A stretch of 64,000 bases of DNA, from positions 4,587-68,586 of IMG/VR virus record IMGVR_UViG_3300014205_002439. One strand, given 5' to 3'. Shown here in pieces: positions 46,138 through 54,952 of this stretch (positions are counted from its first letter, which is position 1; every line of letters begins with the position of its first letter). The notes beneath the pieces were generated by a model. The model ran no database searches. It was not told where the DNA came from and saw only the letters and a list, made by a program, of their open reading frames with translations. Source of the DNA: a virus. Taxonomy: Duplodnaviria; Caudoviricetes. A program made the position numbers and the translations under genes.

Positions 46138-46879
46138 GCATTGGCTTATCACCAGCGGCGGCACCAAAGTTCCCATCGACAAGGTTCGTGATATTACGAA
46201 CATGTCATCGGGAACTTTTGGTTCCAAACTTGCAAAAGTTGCACTCGACGCTGGCGACCGAGTTACGTTCTTGTATGCCAAGCACAGTAAGCATCCGTTC
46301 TTGTGGACGACCGATGTCCGGTGTCTGGCAAAGATCGGTCACCATTCTCTTCATGAAATGGAAGAATGGGGTGCTCGGAATGCTGATCGATTTAAGGAAG
46401 TTCCCTACGTCACTTTCGATGACTACAAATCCGAACTATCGGATTTGTTGTATCGAAACGTGTACGATGGTCTGATCCTTGCCGCTGCGGTGAGCGATTA
46501 TGGTGTTACTCCGGTTGATGGTAAGATCCGATCAACTGCCGATCTGACACTTAACTTGTTCCCGTACCCTAAGATTATCTCTTCGATCAAAGAGAATAAC
46601 CCGGATCTATTTCTTGTGGGTTTCAAGTTGCTTGTGGACTCGACCCCTGAACAACTTTACGAAGCTGTGGAAAGCAGCTTTGATAAGAATGGTTGTGATA
46701 TGGTGGTCGGAAATGACCTTACGGAAATCCGTCAAGGGAAGCATCGTCTTTCGATTTTCCGTAAGACGGACAAAGACACAATTCGCTGGCAAGTTTTGAC
46801 AGAAGACAAGTGGAATCCTTATGATTTGGCGTCGGGATTATTTCGAGAGATCAACGACGCTCACGATCAACGTAAATAA
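46094..46879 (+). CDS. coaB: Phosphopantothenate-cysteine ligase
   Basis: ITSGGTKVPIDKVRDITNMSSGTFG, AAAVSDY, LVGFKL, MVVGND. Confidence 0.88.
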   Translation: MTMRDTMTTETKKIKHWLITSGGTKVPIDKVRDITNMSSGTFGSKLAKVALDAGDRVTFLYAKHSKHPFLWTTDVRCLAKIGHHSLHEMEEWGARNADRFKEVPYVTFDDYKSELSDLLYRNVYDGLILAAAVSDYGVTPVDGKIRSTADLTLNLFPYPKIISSIKENNPDLFLVGFKLLVDSTPEQLYEAVESSFDKNGCDMVVGNDLTEIRQGKHRLSIFRKTDKDTIRWQVLTEDKWNPYDLASGLFREINDAHDQRK

Positions 46880-46890
46880 GGGATTATGCA

Positions 46891-47973
46891 ATGAATATAC
46901 TGCTGGGATTGACTGGAAGTGTGGCGAGTACGCTTGCCGAGAAATTGGTGACTTCACTTAAAGAAATTGGTGATGTCCGAGTCGTCATGACGAATTCTGC
47001 AAAACACTTCGTCCGTATTCCAGTTCTAGCCAGTATGTGTGATCACGTTCTCGATGATGACGTTGAGTGGTGGTATTGGAGATCCAATAAAGAAGTCATG
47101 CACATTGATCTTCGGCGTTGGGCGGATGTTCTTGTACTTGCACCTCTCAGTGCCAACACGCTTGCTAAAGCAGCAAATGGTATCTGTGATAATCTCGTAA
47201 CTTCAGTTCTGAGAGCTTGGGATACAAACCGTCCTGTGGTCATTGCTCCGGCGATGAATACATTCATGTGGGAGCATCCTCTTACGGCTCGTCATCTGGA
47301 AGATTTTTCCAAAATCTATAGAACCAAGATGATTCCTCCTGTCGTCAAGACTTTGGTCTGTAAAGACACAGGAGTAGGTGCAATGGGTCGTATAGAAGAC
47401 ATTGTGGATGCAGTGCTCAAAGCTACTCAATGGCTACATCCACTAATCACTGCTAACGGGATTCCTTGTGGGAATCATCCGGGGGCCTTTGGTTTCCAAA
47501 GAAAGCATGATATCCACACTGGCGTGGATCTTTACACAGATGATGGACAATCTGTGCATGCAGTGGAGGATGGCACGGTCATTCTGATTGAAAAGTTCAC
47601 AGGAGCTTCTCTTGGAACGCCTTGGTGGAATGAAACCTATGCTGTGATGGTCGAAGGGATGTCCGGTGTTGTATGCTACGGAGAGATCAAGCCGTCGGAT
47701 GAGATTGGACCCGGCTCAAAAGTCCATCGTGGACAACAACTCGGCGTAGTGGCGGCGGTTTTGCCGGAGGGTAAAGATCGACCAGATATTCCCGGTCACT
47801 CACGAGCAATGCTTCACGTTGAACTCTTTGAACACGGCACGACGAAGCTGGCTTCGCCTTGGACCGTGCGAGAAGAGAAACCGTTCGGATTACTTGATCC
47901 GACCCCCTTGCTGCTACGTTCCTGCGTTTGCAAGGAGTCAATGAAAACGGTATTGGAAATGCCGAAGGAGTAA
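46891..47973 (+). CDS. coaC: Phosphopantothenoylcysteine decarboxylase fused to M23-peptidase-like domain
   Basis: GLTGSVA, MHIDLRRWAD, APLSANTLAKAANGICDNL, PAMNTFMW, LVCKDTGVG; then HTGVDLY, AVEDGTV, MLHVEL. Confidence 0.85.
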   Translation: MNILLGLTGSVASTLAEKLVTSLKEIGDVRVVMTNSAKHFVRIPVLASMCDHVLDDDVEWWYWRSNKEVMHIDLRRWADVLVLAPLSANTLAKAANGICDNLVTSVLRAWDTNRPVVIAPAMNTFMWEHPLTARHLEDFSKIYRTKMIPPVVKTLVCKDTGVGAMGRIEDIVDAVLKATQWLHPLITANGIPCGNHPGAFGFQRKHDIHTGVDLYTDDGQSVHAVEDGTVILIEKFTGASLGTPWWNETYAVMVEGMSGVVCYGEIKPSDEIGPGSKVHRGQQLGVVAAVLPEGKDRPDIPGHSRAMLHVELFEHGTTKLASPWTVREEKPFGLLDPTPLLLRSCVCKESMKTVLEMPKE

Positions 47974-47976
47974 AAC

Positions 47977-48705
47977 GTGAGCATCCGCAAAAAGATCATG
48001 ATAGAACTATTGTGTCCACCGTCTGCGACTTTGTCGGTAACGACTGGACTCTGCCTATTCATGCTCGCTTGGGGGCTAAATTTGTGGGGAGGTTTCCTCA
48101 CGGTTCTTGGTTGTGTCGGTTTGATGGTGGGTGTTGGTATCGCTGCCACGAATCTCGTTCTTCGTTACGATCAGACCATCAACAGGGTCGTTGAGGAGGA
48201 TCGTCAACGGACTGAACAAGAACGACGTGCGAAATTGGATGATCTCGACCAACGCTTGGTTGAAGATCGTGACAAGCGAGATCAGACGTATCTGCGTCAG
48301 CTACGCAAGATGCATGAGATCCTACACGAAGATATCAGAGCAAAGAAGGTTTCCATCGGACCGGAAATGTTGAACCGTCTGGAGCGAATTTTTCTAGCAA
48401 CGATTGTCTCGTTGGAAGACAACTACAAACTTTGGCAATCCGCCCGCAAACTTCCATCTGCTTCTCAGGCAAAAACCGACCTGTTAGAGAAGCGTGAGGC
48501 TATTCTTGTCGAAGTCGAGAAGAGTGTAGATTTTTTCTCGAAGTGTGTTGTCGAACTTCAAACGACCACTGCTGGAAACAGCGACGAACTCGCTACGCTA
48601 CGGGATGAGACGGCAATTCAATTGGACGCCGCTCGCCGTGCGAAGGAAATGCTCGCTGATCTGGATGGTATCGAACGTCGCCGAGATTTTTCGGAATACG
48701 AGTGA
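47977..48705 (+). CDS. Membrane-anchored coiled-coil protein
   Basis: Two N-terminal TM helices, then long amphipathic helices. Confidence 0.65.
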   Translation: MSIRKKIMIELLCPPSATLSVTTGLCLFMLAWGLNLWGGFLTVLGCVGLMVGVGIAATNLVLRYDQTINRVVEEDRQRTEQERRAKLDDLDQRLVEDRDKRDQTYLRQLRKMHEILHEDIRAKKVSIGPEMLNRLERIFLATIVSLEDNYKLWQSARKLPSASQAKTDLLEKREAILVEVEKSVDFFSKCVVELQTTTAGNSDELATLRDETAIQLDAARRAKEMLADLDGIERRRDFSEYE

Positions 48706-48767
48706 CAAATCTGGAAGAGTTCGTATAACTCTTCTGCTCAAATGTCCCCCACACAAGGAGAGAAAAG

Positions 48768-49565
48768 ATGTTTCGTTTCGTCCGTGCGATTTATTACTAC
48801 TTCACCGGTACGGTCAACTCTTGGGCTGATGCGTGGAGTTTCAATCCCGCAGTGATGGCAGCGACCTATGATACTGCCATCAACAACTCCAGCACTCGCT
48901 ACACGACTGTGCGAAATGCTGTCGCAAAGCTGATCAACATTGAATCTGAACGAACTTCGGAAGTGAACGCTCTTCATGAGCGTGCCAAGAAACTTCAGCA
49001 CATCAAGAACGCCGCTTTCGGTAAGGCGAAGGATTTTGCTGCTGCTCTGACGGCTCAGGGCAAGACCGAAGAAGAGATCAAGAAGGAAGCAGAGTACGTT
49101 CGGCATATGGGAGCGTTCACCGACGCCTCGAACTCCCTTAAGGAAATTGTCGAATCGATCAATTCCAAGGAAAAGGAAATTGTCGATTTCAAGAGCCAAA
49201 TTGCCAGCTACAAGGTTCAGCTTCAGTCGATGCAGCGTTCTTCCGCTGATCTCCGTCAGGAGAAGGAAGAAGCTCTTGCTGACGTGGCAATTGCTCAGGA
49301 AATTCAGGCTGTTAACGACGTGCTGAGCGGCGTTGCCGAGAATACCATCGACAAGGATCTCAAGAGTGCTCGTGAGGCTCGCAAGACGGCTAAGAGCAAG
49401 GCAAAGATCACCGCTGAACTCGCCGGGAACGATGCCGCTGTTGCGGAAGCCGAGTACCTCAACTACTCGAAGACGAACGAATCGGCATCGGAATTCGAAA
49501 GCCTGATCTTCGCAAACAAGACGAATCCGGAAGCGGACCTCAACCCTGCCAAGCTGCCGGAATAA
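48768..49565 (+). CDS. PspA/IM30-like coiled-coil protein
   Basis: Amphipathic N-terminus (MFRFVRAIYYYF), heptad-rich body, EARKTAKSKAKITAEL, ASEFESLI C-terminal helix; size fits the family. Confidence 0.6.
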   Translation: MFRFVRAIYYYFTGTVNSWADAWSFNPAVMAATYDTAINNSSTRYTTVRNAVAKLINIESERTSEVNALHERAKKLQHIKNAAFGKAKDFAAALTAQGKTEEEIKKEAEYVRHMGAFTDASNSLKEIVESINSKEKEIVDFKSQIASYKVQLQSMQRSSADLRQEKEEALADVAIAQEIQAVNDVLSGVAENTIDKDLKSAREARKTAKSKAKITAELAGNDAAVAEAEYLNYSKTNESASEFESLIFANKTNPEADLNPAKLPE

Positions 49566-49613
49566 TCCTGTTCCACAGTACAACTTTTGGAAACCCCTTT
49601 TTAGGAGAGTCGC

Positions 49614-50786
49614 ATGAAACGTTTTCTGCTGTGTTGTGCAATGTTGATGGGTCTGTACGGATGCAATCCGCCTCAGACCACCTCGCCCGTCACTGGTGCT
49701 CCGGTCACGGCCAAGGACAGCAAGCTGCCTGTCTTTACCCTCGCTTGGTCGGAATACCCATCGTGGTCAACGTTCGGCGTGGCCGACATGGAAGGGATTC
49801 TGAAGGGCAAGGAAGGCGAAGTCTCTGCCCTTGAGCAGAAGTGGGGCGTTGATATCGTCCTCACGGAAGCGACCTACGATGCCTGCATCCAGTATTACGG
49901 TGCGAAGACCGTCGATGCAGCATGTCTGACGAACATGGACTGCCTCAGTCCTGCCATCGGTCGTCCAACGACTGCAATCCTGCCGACGAGTACGAGTTTC
50001 GGTGCCGATGCAGTCGTTGCGGTGGATATTGCGGAAGTGCAGAACCTCAAGGGTCATGCGGTCTACGGCCTTGAGAAGTCCGTCAGCGAGTACGTCTTTG
50101 TCCGTGGTCTTCAGGAACTCGGTGAAAATCCGGCGGATTACAAGTTCGCTCAGATGGACCCTGCTGCCGCCGCAACGGCCCTCCAGACCAACAGTCCGAA
50201 CGTCAAAGCGATCTGCGTCTGGAACCCGTTCAAGATGCAGAGTGTCGAAACTCGTCCCGGTGCCAAGGTCATCTTCGACTCGACCAAGATTCCGGGTGAG
50301 ATCATCGACATGGTTGTTGTCGGCGATGACTCGCTCAAGCGTCCGGGTGGTAAGGAGTTCGCTGGCTGCGTCTGCGAAGCTTACTACGCAGTCTGTAGTC
50401 GAATGAACGATTCGGCAACTCGCAACAAGACGCTTGTTGATCTCGGATCGAAGTTCTCGAACCTGTCGGCTGAGCAGATGGCTGTTGTCTGCAAAGAGAC
50501 TCAGTTCTACGATACTCCAGCCAAGGGAGTCGAGGTTTACACTTCGCCTGATCTGCCGAAGATTATGGATCGGGTTGTCGGGTTCTGTGTCGAAAAGCAG
50601 ATCGTTGACAAGAAGCCGATCGTGGGTTATCCGTCCACGAACCTCACTGTCGAAAGCGATCTCAAGTTCGATCCTCAGTACATGCAGAACTTGACACCGA
50701 AGGTGACTGCTTCCGAGACGGACAACGCAACGACTCTTGTCGATATCGATCCGACCCTCACTCCGGGTTGGGTTGACCCTCGGTAA
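49614..50786 (+). CDS. ABC substrate-binding lipoprotein (NMT1/TauA-like)
   Basis: Lipobox LYGC; WSEYPSW, STSFGADAVV, CVWNPF, GEIIDMVVV. Confidence 0.8.
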   Translation: MKRFLLCCAMLMGLYGCNPPQTTSPVTGAPVTAKDSKLPVFTLAWSEYPSWSTFGVADMEGILKGKEGEVSALEQKWGVDIVLTEATYDACIQYYGAKTVDAACLTNMDCLSPAIGRPTTAILPTSTSFGADAVVAVDIAEVQNLKGHAVYGLEKSVSEYVFVRGLQELGENPADYKFAQMDPAAAATALQTNSPNVKAICVWNPFKMQSVETRPGAKVIFDSTKIPGEIIDMVVVGDDSLKRPGGKEFAGCVCEAYYAVCSRMNDSATRNKTLVDLGSKFSNLSAEQMAVVCKETQFYDTPAKGVEVYTSPDLPKIMDRVVGFCVEKQIVDKKPIVGYPSTNLTVESDLKFDPQYMQNLTPKVTASETDNATTLVDIDPTLTPGWVDPR

Positions 50787-50812
50787 GTTCCTCTGTGTAG
50801 TGTCGTGAGTCC

Positions 50813-50846
50813 AATCCCCGGTGTTAAATCCACCGGGGATTTTTTT
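50813..50846 (+). terminator. Intrinsic terminator
   Basis: AATCCCCGGTG-ttaaatc-CACCGGGGATT plus T-run. Confidence 0.85.
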
Positions 50847-50859
50847 GAGTGGTGGTTAA

Positions 50860-51387
50860 ATGCTTTCTTGCAGTATCCCCAAACAATACGCTCTCGTCAT
50901 CGACACCTCCAAGAGCTTCTACTTGGGTGTCAGTTATGACTGGAATATCTTGTTAAACCAAGCCTTCTCTATTCAGGAGAAACTTGATTTGTTTGGATGT
51001 GACCAAATTGAATTGGAAGGTGAATCAACGCCGGGTTGGTTCAACAACGGCTTCAAGGACTATCAGGACGGACAAGAACTAGAAGCCTTCGAGAACAAGA
51101 GATCAAAGCTCATCGAACGTGCTAACATGTTGACCGTGGGTCTCGTGAACCCTGCAACGCTTGAAGAACGAAGGGTAGAGATTCTCAACAAGGCAAACGA
51201 ACCGCTTCAAAAATTCCCATCAATTCTTTCTGGTAGACTAAACATGGTTCGGATGCCGACGGAAGAAGAGATTGAACTCATTATCGAACAGACCAAGCAA
51301 TCCTTGGCCTCGCAAAAGATCGATATGATTGGGTGGCGGTTAGTGGAACTCATTTCGTCTGTGCTCTATGAATGGAGAGTGTCATGA
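50860..51387 (+). CDS. Hypothetical protein
   Basis: ORF track. Confidence 0.55.
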   Translation: MLSCSIPKQYALVIDTSKSFYLGVSYDWNILLNQAFSIQEKLDLFGCDQIELEGESTPGWFNNGFKDYQDGQELEAFENKRSKLIERANMLTVGLVNPATLEERRVEILNKANEPLQKFPSILSGRLNMVRMPTEEEIELIIEQTKQSLASQKIDMIGWRLVELISSVLYEWRVS

Positions 51388-52187
51388 TTCGCCAACCGGT
51401 TTCCATGAAGCGAAAGATGATTCTCGGAGCGGCTTCGATCTTGTTCATGTTGGCATTCTACTCGTATCTGTCATGGCGACAGTATCAGTTGAATCCAAAG
51501 AACACGATTATGCCATCGCTGCTTCAGATCATTCACACAACCACCAAGTTGGTAACTCCAGACTCGAACGGCAAAATCTGGCTGTTACAGGATTCGATTG
51601 CCACTTTTTCTCGACTAGGCATCGGGATGTTTTTTGGCGTAACGATCTCCTGTGTCATTGGTATTGGGATGGGTTGCTTTCGTAGTATGGAAGCCTTTTT
51701 TGAACCATCTTTAACATTTCTGACACGGTTGCCAGCAACCGCTATGTTGGCTGTGTTTCTGATTCTGGTCGGTCACGGCGAAACAATGTTTGCAACGATG
51801 ATTGCGTTCGGTGTGATCCCCACACTCACGATGGCGATCTTCAATGCAGCAAAGTTTGACGTTCATGATGAGTCTGTCTACAAGGCGTACACTATCGGGG
51901 CCTCGACTCCAGAAGCTATCTGGAATGTCGTTACTCAGCAAATCCTCCCTCGAATCATTGAGTCTGTGCGACTCCAAGTCGGACCTGCGATGGTGCTTCT
52001 GCTCGCTGCTGAGTTTAGCTTGGGAGACGTGGGGTTTGGGTATCGTCTACGAATCCAAGGATCACGACTTCATATGGACGTGATCTACAACTATCTGATC
52101 ATTCTTGGGGCGTGGGGTTTCTTGATCGACTACGCTCTTCTGAAAACACGCAACCTCGTGTCGCCGTGGTTTGCTCGAAACAATTGA
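51384..52187 (+). CDS. ABC transporter permease (SsuC/TauC type)
   Basis: LTRLPATAM, YKAYTIGAS (EAA loop), LPRIIESVR, LAAEF...GFGYRL. Confidence 0.9.
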   Translation: MIRQPVSMKRKMILGAASILFMLAFYSYLSWRQYQLNPKNTIMPSLLQIIHTTTKLVTPDSNGKIWLLQDSIATFSRLGIGMFFGVTISCVIGIGMGCFRSMEAFFEPSLTFLTRLPATAMLAVFLILVGHGETMFATMIAFGVIPTLTMAIFNAAKFDVHDESVYKAYTIGASTPEAIWNVVTQQILPRIIESVRLQVGPAMVLLLAAEFSLGDVGFGYRLRIQGSRLHMDVIYNYLIILGAWGFLIDYALLKTRNLVSPWFARNN

Positions 52188-52196
52188 GGTGATTCA

Positions 52197-53090
52197 ATGA
52201 CGCTTCTCAAGATCGATGAAGTGAACCATTGGTTTGGTTCCAAGGATCGTTTTAACCCAAAGGCGAAACGGGTTCTACACGATATCAACCTCGATATCGC
52301 ACAGGGTCAGTTTGTCGCATTGGTTGGGCCGTCTGGATGTGGCAAGAGCACGCTCCTGCGTTCTATCCTTGGGACTCATCCCCCAAAACAGGGAGAAGTT
52401 TGGGCGGATAGTTGTCGTATGATCCGTCCAAACCGACATGTCGGAATCGTCTATCAGAATTATTCTCTGTACGATTTTCTGACTGCCGAAGAGAACATTG
52501 CCTTTGGCTTGATGCTTGACCAGACGAATATTCTGCAACGAGCGTTCATGCCTTGGTATTGGTGGCCTCTTCGGAAAAAGCACATGACGCAAGCCAAGGA
52601 GTTCTTGGCGAAGTTAGACCTTGAGCGTGCAATTGGTTGTTATCCCGCCGATCTTTCGGGCGGTATGAGACAAAGAGTCGCTATCGCTCAGGCTCTCATT
52701 ATGCAGCCGAAGGTTCTTCTGCTAGACGAGCCTTTTGGAGCATTGGACGAAGGAACTCGTGAAGACCTTCAGAAGATGGTTCTCCAGCTTCGAATCGACA
52801 ATATCTCCAGTCAAACCCCGACCACTATTATTCTTGTGACACACGAATTGAACGAAGCATTCTATCTGTGTGATAGAGTGGTTGGCCTCACACAGTATTG
52901 GACTTGTCCTGAAACAGGCATGTCAGGTGCTACGCATGGAGCAACGATCTGTTACGACAAGGCGTCGGATATCTTCCGTCCGACTGATCCTCGTGATTTT
53001 GAGCGATTCGTTCACTTGAAAGAAGAGATTCGACGAGTCATATTTGAGGGTGACGTTACTGTCAACCCAAGGACTCATGTCGTTTTTTGA
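52197..53090 (+). CDS. ABC transporter ATP-binding protein (SsuB/TauB type)
   Basis: GPSGCGKST, YQNYSL, LSGGMRQR, LLLDEPFGALD, VTH. Confidence 0.95.
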   Translation: MTLLKIDEVNHWFGSKDRFNPKAKRVLHDINLDIAQGQFVALVGPSGCGKSTLLRSILGTHPPKQGEVWADSCRMIRPNRHVGIVYQNYSLYDFLTAEENIAFGLMLDQTNILQRAFMPWYWWPLRKKHMTQAKEFLAKLDLERAIGCYPADLSGGMRQRVAIAQALIMQPKVLLLDEPFGALDEGTREDLQKMVLQLRIDNISSQTPTTIILVTHELNEAFYLCDRVVGLTQYWTCPETGMSGATHGATICYDKASDIFRPTDPRDFERFVHLKEEIRRVIFEGDVTVNPRTHVVF

Positions 53091-53097
53091 GGTGACT

Positions 53098-53577
53098 ATG
53101 TCTGACGATGATATCGGTTCAATGTACCGAATGTTGAATGAAGTGCGGCGTGTGGAGGGGGAGGATCGAAGATCATTCAACTCCCGTAAGTACCATGCCG
53201 CTGCTGCAAAGGCTCAGGACTACGGTCTAAAGCTTTTACAGCATTCTGACGTTCATTACACCTTGACGCTGGATAAGGCTGGAAAGAAGTCAACGTGGCT
53301 TCTGAACATCTATCCCGGAAACCAAAGATTGTATTGGGATCGACAGTATCTCAAGCCGCCTTGGCTCAGTATTTCTGACATGCGGGATTGGACTCTGTTC
53401 GACGTAGTCGATGCAGCGATCTTCGCTTGTGGTCTAAAGCCGAAGACTCCTGTTGCAATTCCTGTGTCGGATAACGATATTCGTGTTCGAGCCTACTATC
53501 TGTGGCTTGATGCCGGGTGTCCTGAAGGTACTGGCGAAGATTTTTGGTTGAAAGCTGAAAAGCTCTCAAGGAGGTAG
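53098..53577 (+). CDS. Hypothetical protein with C-terminal DUF2934-like motif
   Basis: DIRVRAYYLWLDAGCPEGTGEDFWLKAE. Confidence 0.65.
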   Translation: MSDDDIGSMYRMLNEVRRVEGEDRRSFNSRKYHAAAAKAQDYGLKLLQHSDVHYTLTLDKAGKKSTWLLNIYPGNQRLYWDRQYLKPPWLSISDMRDWTLFDVVDAAIFACGLKPKTPVAIPVSDNDIRVRAYYLWLDAGCPEGTGEDFWLKAEKLSRR

Positions 53578-53579
53578 AA

Positions 53580-54512
53580 GTGATTGTCATCATCATGGGG
53601 TACAACGCCGCAGGCAAAACCACACTCGTCAAGAAGTACGTCGATGACGGCTTCTATCGGGTCAATCGGGATGAGCTTGGAGGACGTTTGAAGGATCTGC
53701 ATGAGTACGTTGTTGCGGCACACAAAGAAGGTCATACCAAATTTGTACTCGACAACACCTACCGCAATGTTGAGGCTCGTCGCAAGATCATTGAGACGGC
53801 TAAGACTCTCGGTATGCCGATTCACTGTGTATGGCTCGACACCTCCTTCGAGGATGCACAGTTCAATGCTTGTACCCGTATGGTGAGACAGACCGGTATT
53901 CTGTACGGCCCGGCTGAGTTCAAGAAGACGACTGATCCGAATCTCTTTCCGCCGGTCGCCTTGTTTGGTTATCGGAAGGAGTTCGAGAAGCCGACAATGG
54001 CTGAGGGATTTGACTCAATTGAGAAAATCCCATTTGTCAGAGTCAAAGATCCTGCGTATAAGAACAAGGCTTTGATTCTGGATCTTGATGGGACTGTTCG
54101 GAATTCAACGGGGCCAGAACCCTACCCTTTGACTCCGAACCATATCGAAATCCTGCCCGGTCGGAGTGAGCTAATCCAGCAGTACCGAGACAAAGGGTAC
54201 ATCATCGCAGGGGTGTCCAATCAAAGTGGTGTTGCCAAGAAGAAATTGACCCTTGCCGACGTGGATCTCTGTATCAAACGGACCTGCGAACTGTTGAAAC
54301 AAGAGATCGATGTTTTGTATTGCCCGCATCAAGTTCCGCCTGTGTCTTGCTATTGTCGCAAGCCACATCCGGGACTTGGCGTGGTTTTGATTGAGAAATA
54401 CAAACTCGATGCTGAACAGTGTATTTTTGTCGGCGATCAAACCACCGATGCAACTTTTGCAGAGCGGTGTGGATTTCAATACCAGCATCCTGATCAATTT
54501 TTTGGAGGTTGA
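53580..54512 (+). CDS. P-loop kinase fused to HAD-IIIA phosphatase (PNKP/GmhB-like)
   Basis: GYNAAGKT, VNRDEL, VLDNT; DLDGT, VSNQSG, CPH...CYCRKP, FVGD. Confidence 0.88.
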   Translation: MIVIIMGYNAAGKTTLVKKYVDDGFYRVNRDELGGRLKDLHEYVVAAHKEGHTKFVLDNTYRNVEARRKIIETAKTLGMPIHCVWLDTSFEDAQFNACTRMVRQTGILYGPAEFKKTTDPNLFPPVALFGYRKEFEKPTMAEGFDSIEKIPFVRVKDPAYKNKALILDLDGTVRNSTGPEPYPLTPNHIEILPGRSELIQQYRDKGYIIAGVSNQSGVAKKKLTLADVDLCIKRTCELLKQEIDVLYCPHQVPPVSCYCRKPHPGLGVVLIEKYKLDAEQCIFVGDQTTDATFAERCGFQYQHPDQFFGG

Positions 54513-54514
54513 AC

Positions 54515-54952
54515 ATGTTCCTTGTCGAAGTCGGCTTCATGCACTATGGCCCAAAGAGTCAGGAAGATGGGATCAAGGAACTCATCATCACTGGCAGTAT
54601 GGAGCAGGCGGTTGCTTATATCGATAAGGAGTATTTGTTCAACAATTTGGAAAACTATGTTGGACCTGATCCGGAAGCTGAGGGTGAATACTTCTCACCC
54701 TGCAATGCTTGGTGGGATAAAAATCCTCACAAGAAAGACGAGGCCCTAAACAGAGGGTTGACTTTAAGTGGTTACGGAGATGTCCAAGGATCGTATAAGG
54801 AAATTTGTCTTTGGTGGGAAGGCGATGACTGGAAAGATCCTGAAGACTGCTACTACGGCGTCACTCAGTACAGTTGGAGAAATTACCAAGAGATCAGCGA
54901 AGAGGATGCCGCTGTTCTCATTCGTCTCGGACTTGCAAAGGATATTCGGTGA
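54515..54952 (+). CDS. Hypothetical protein
   Basis: GGAGG RBS. Confidence 0.55.
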   Translation: MFLVEVGFMHYGPKSQEDGIKELIITGSMEQAVAYIDKEYLFNNLENYVGPDPEAEGEYFSPCNAWWDKNPHKKDEALNRGLTLSGYGDVQGSYKEICLWWEGDDWKDPEDCYYGVTQYSWRNYQEISEEDAAVLIRLGLAKDIR

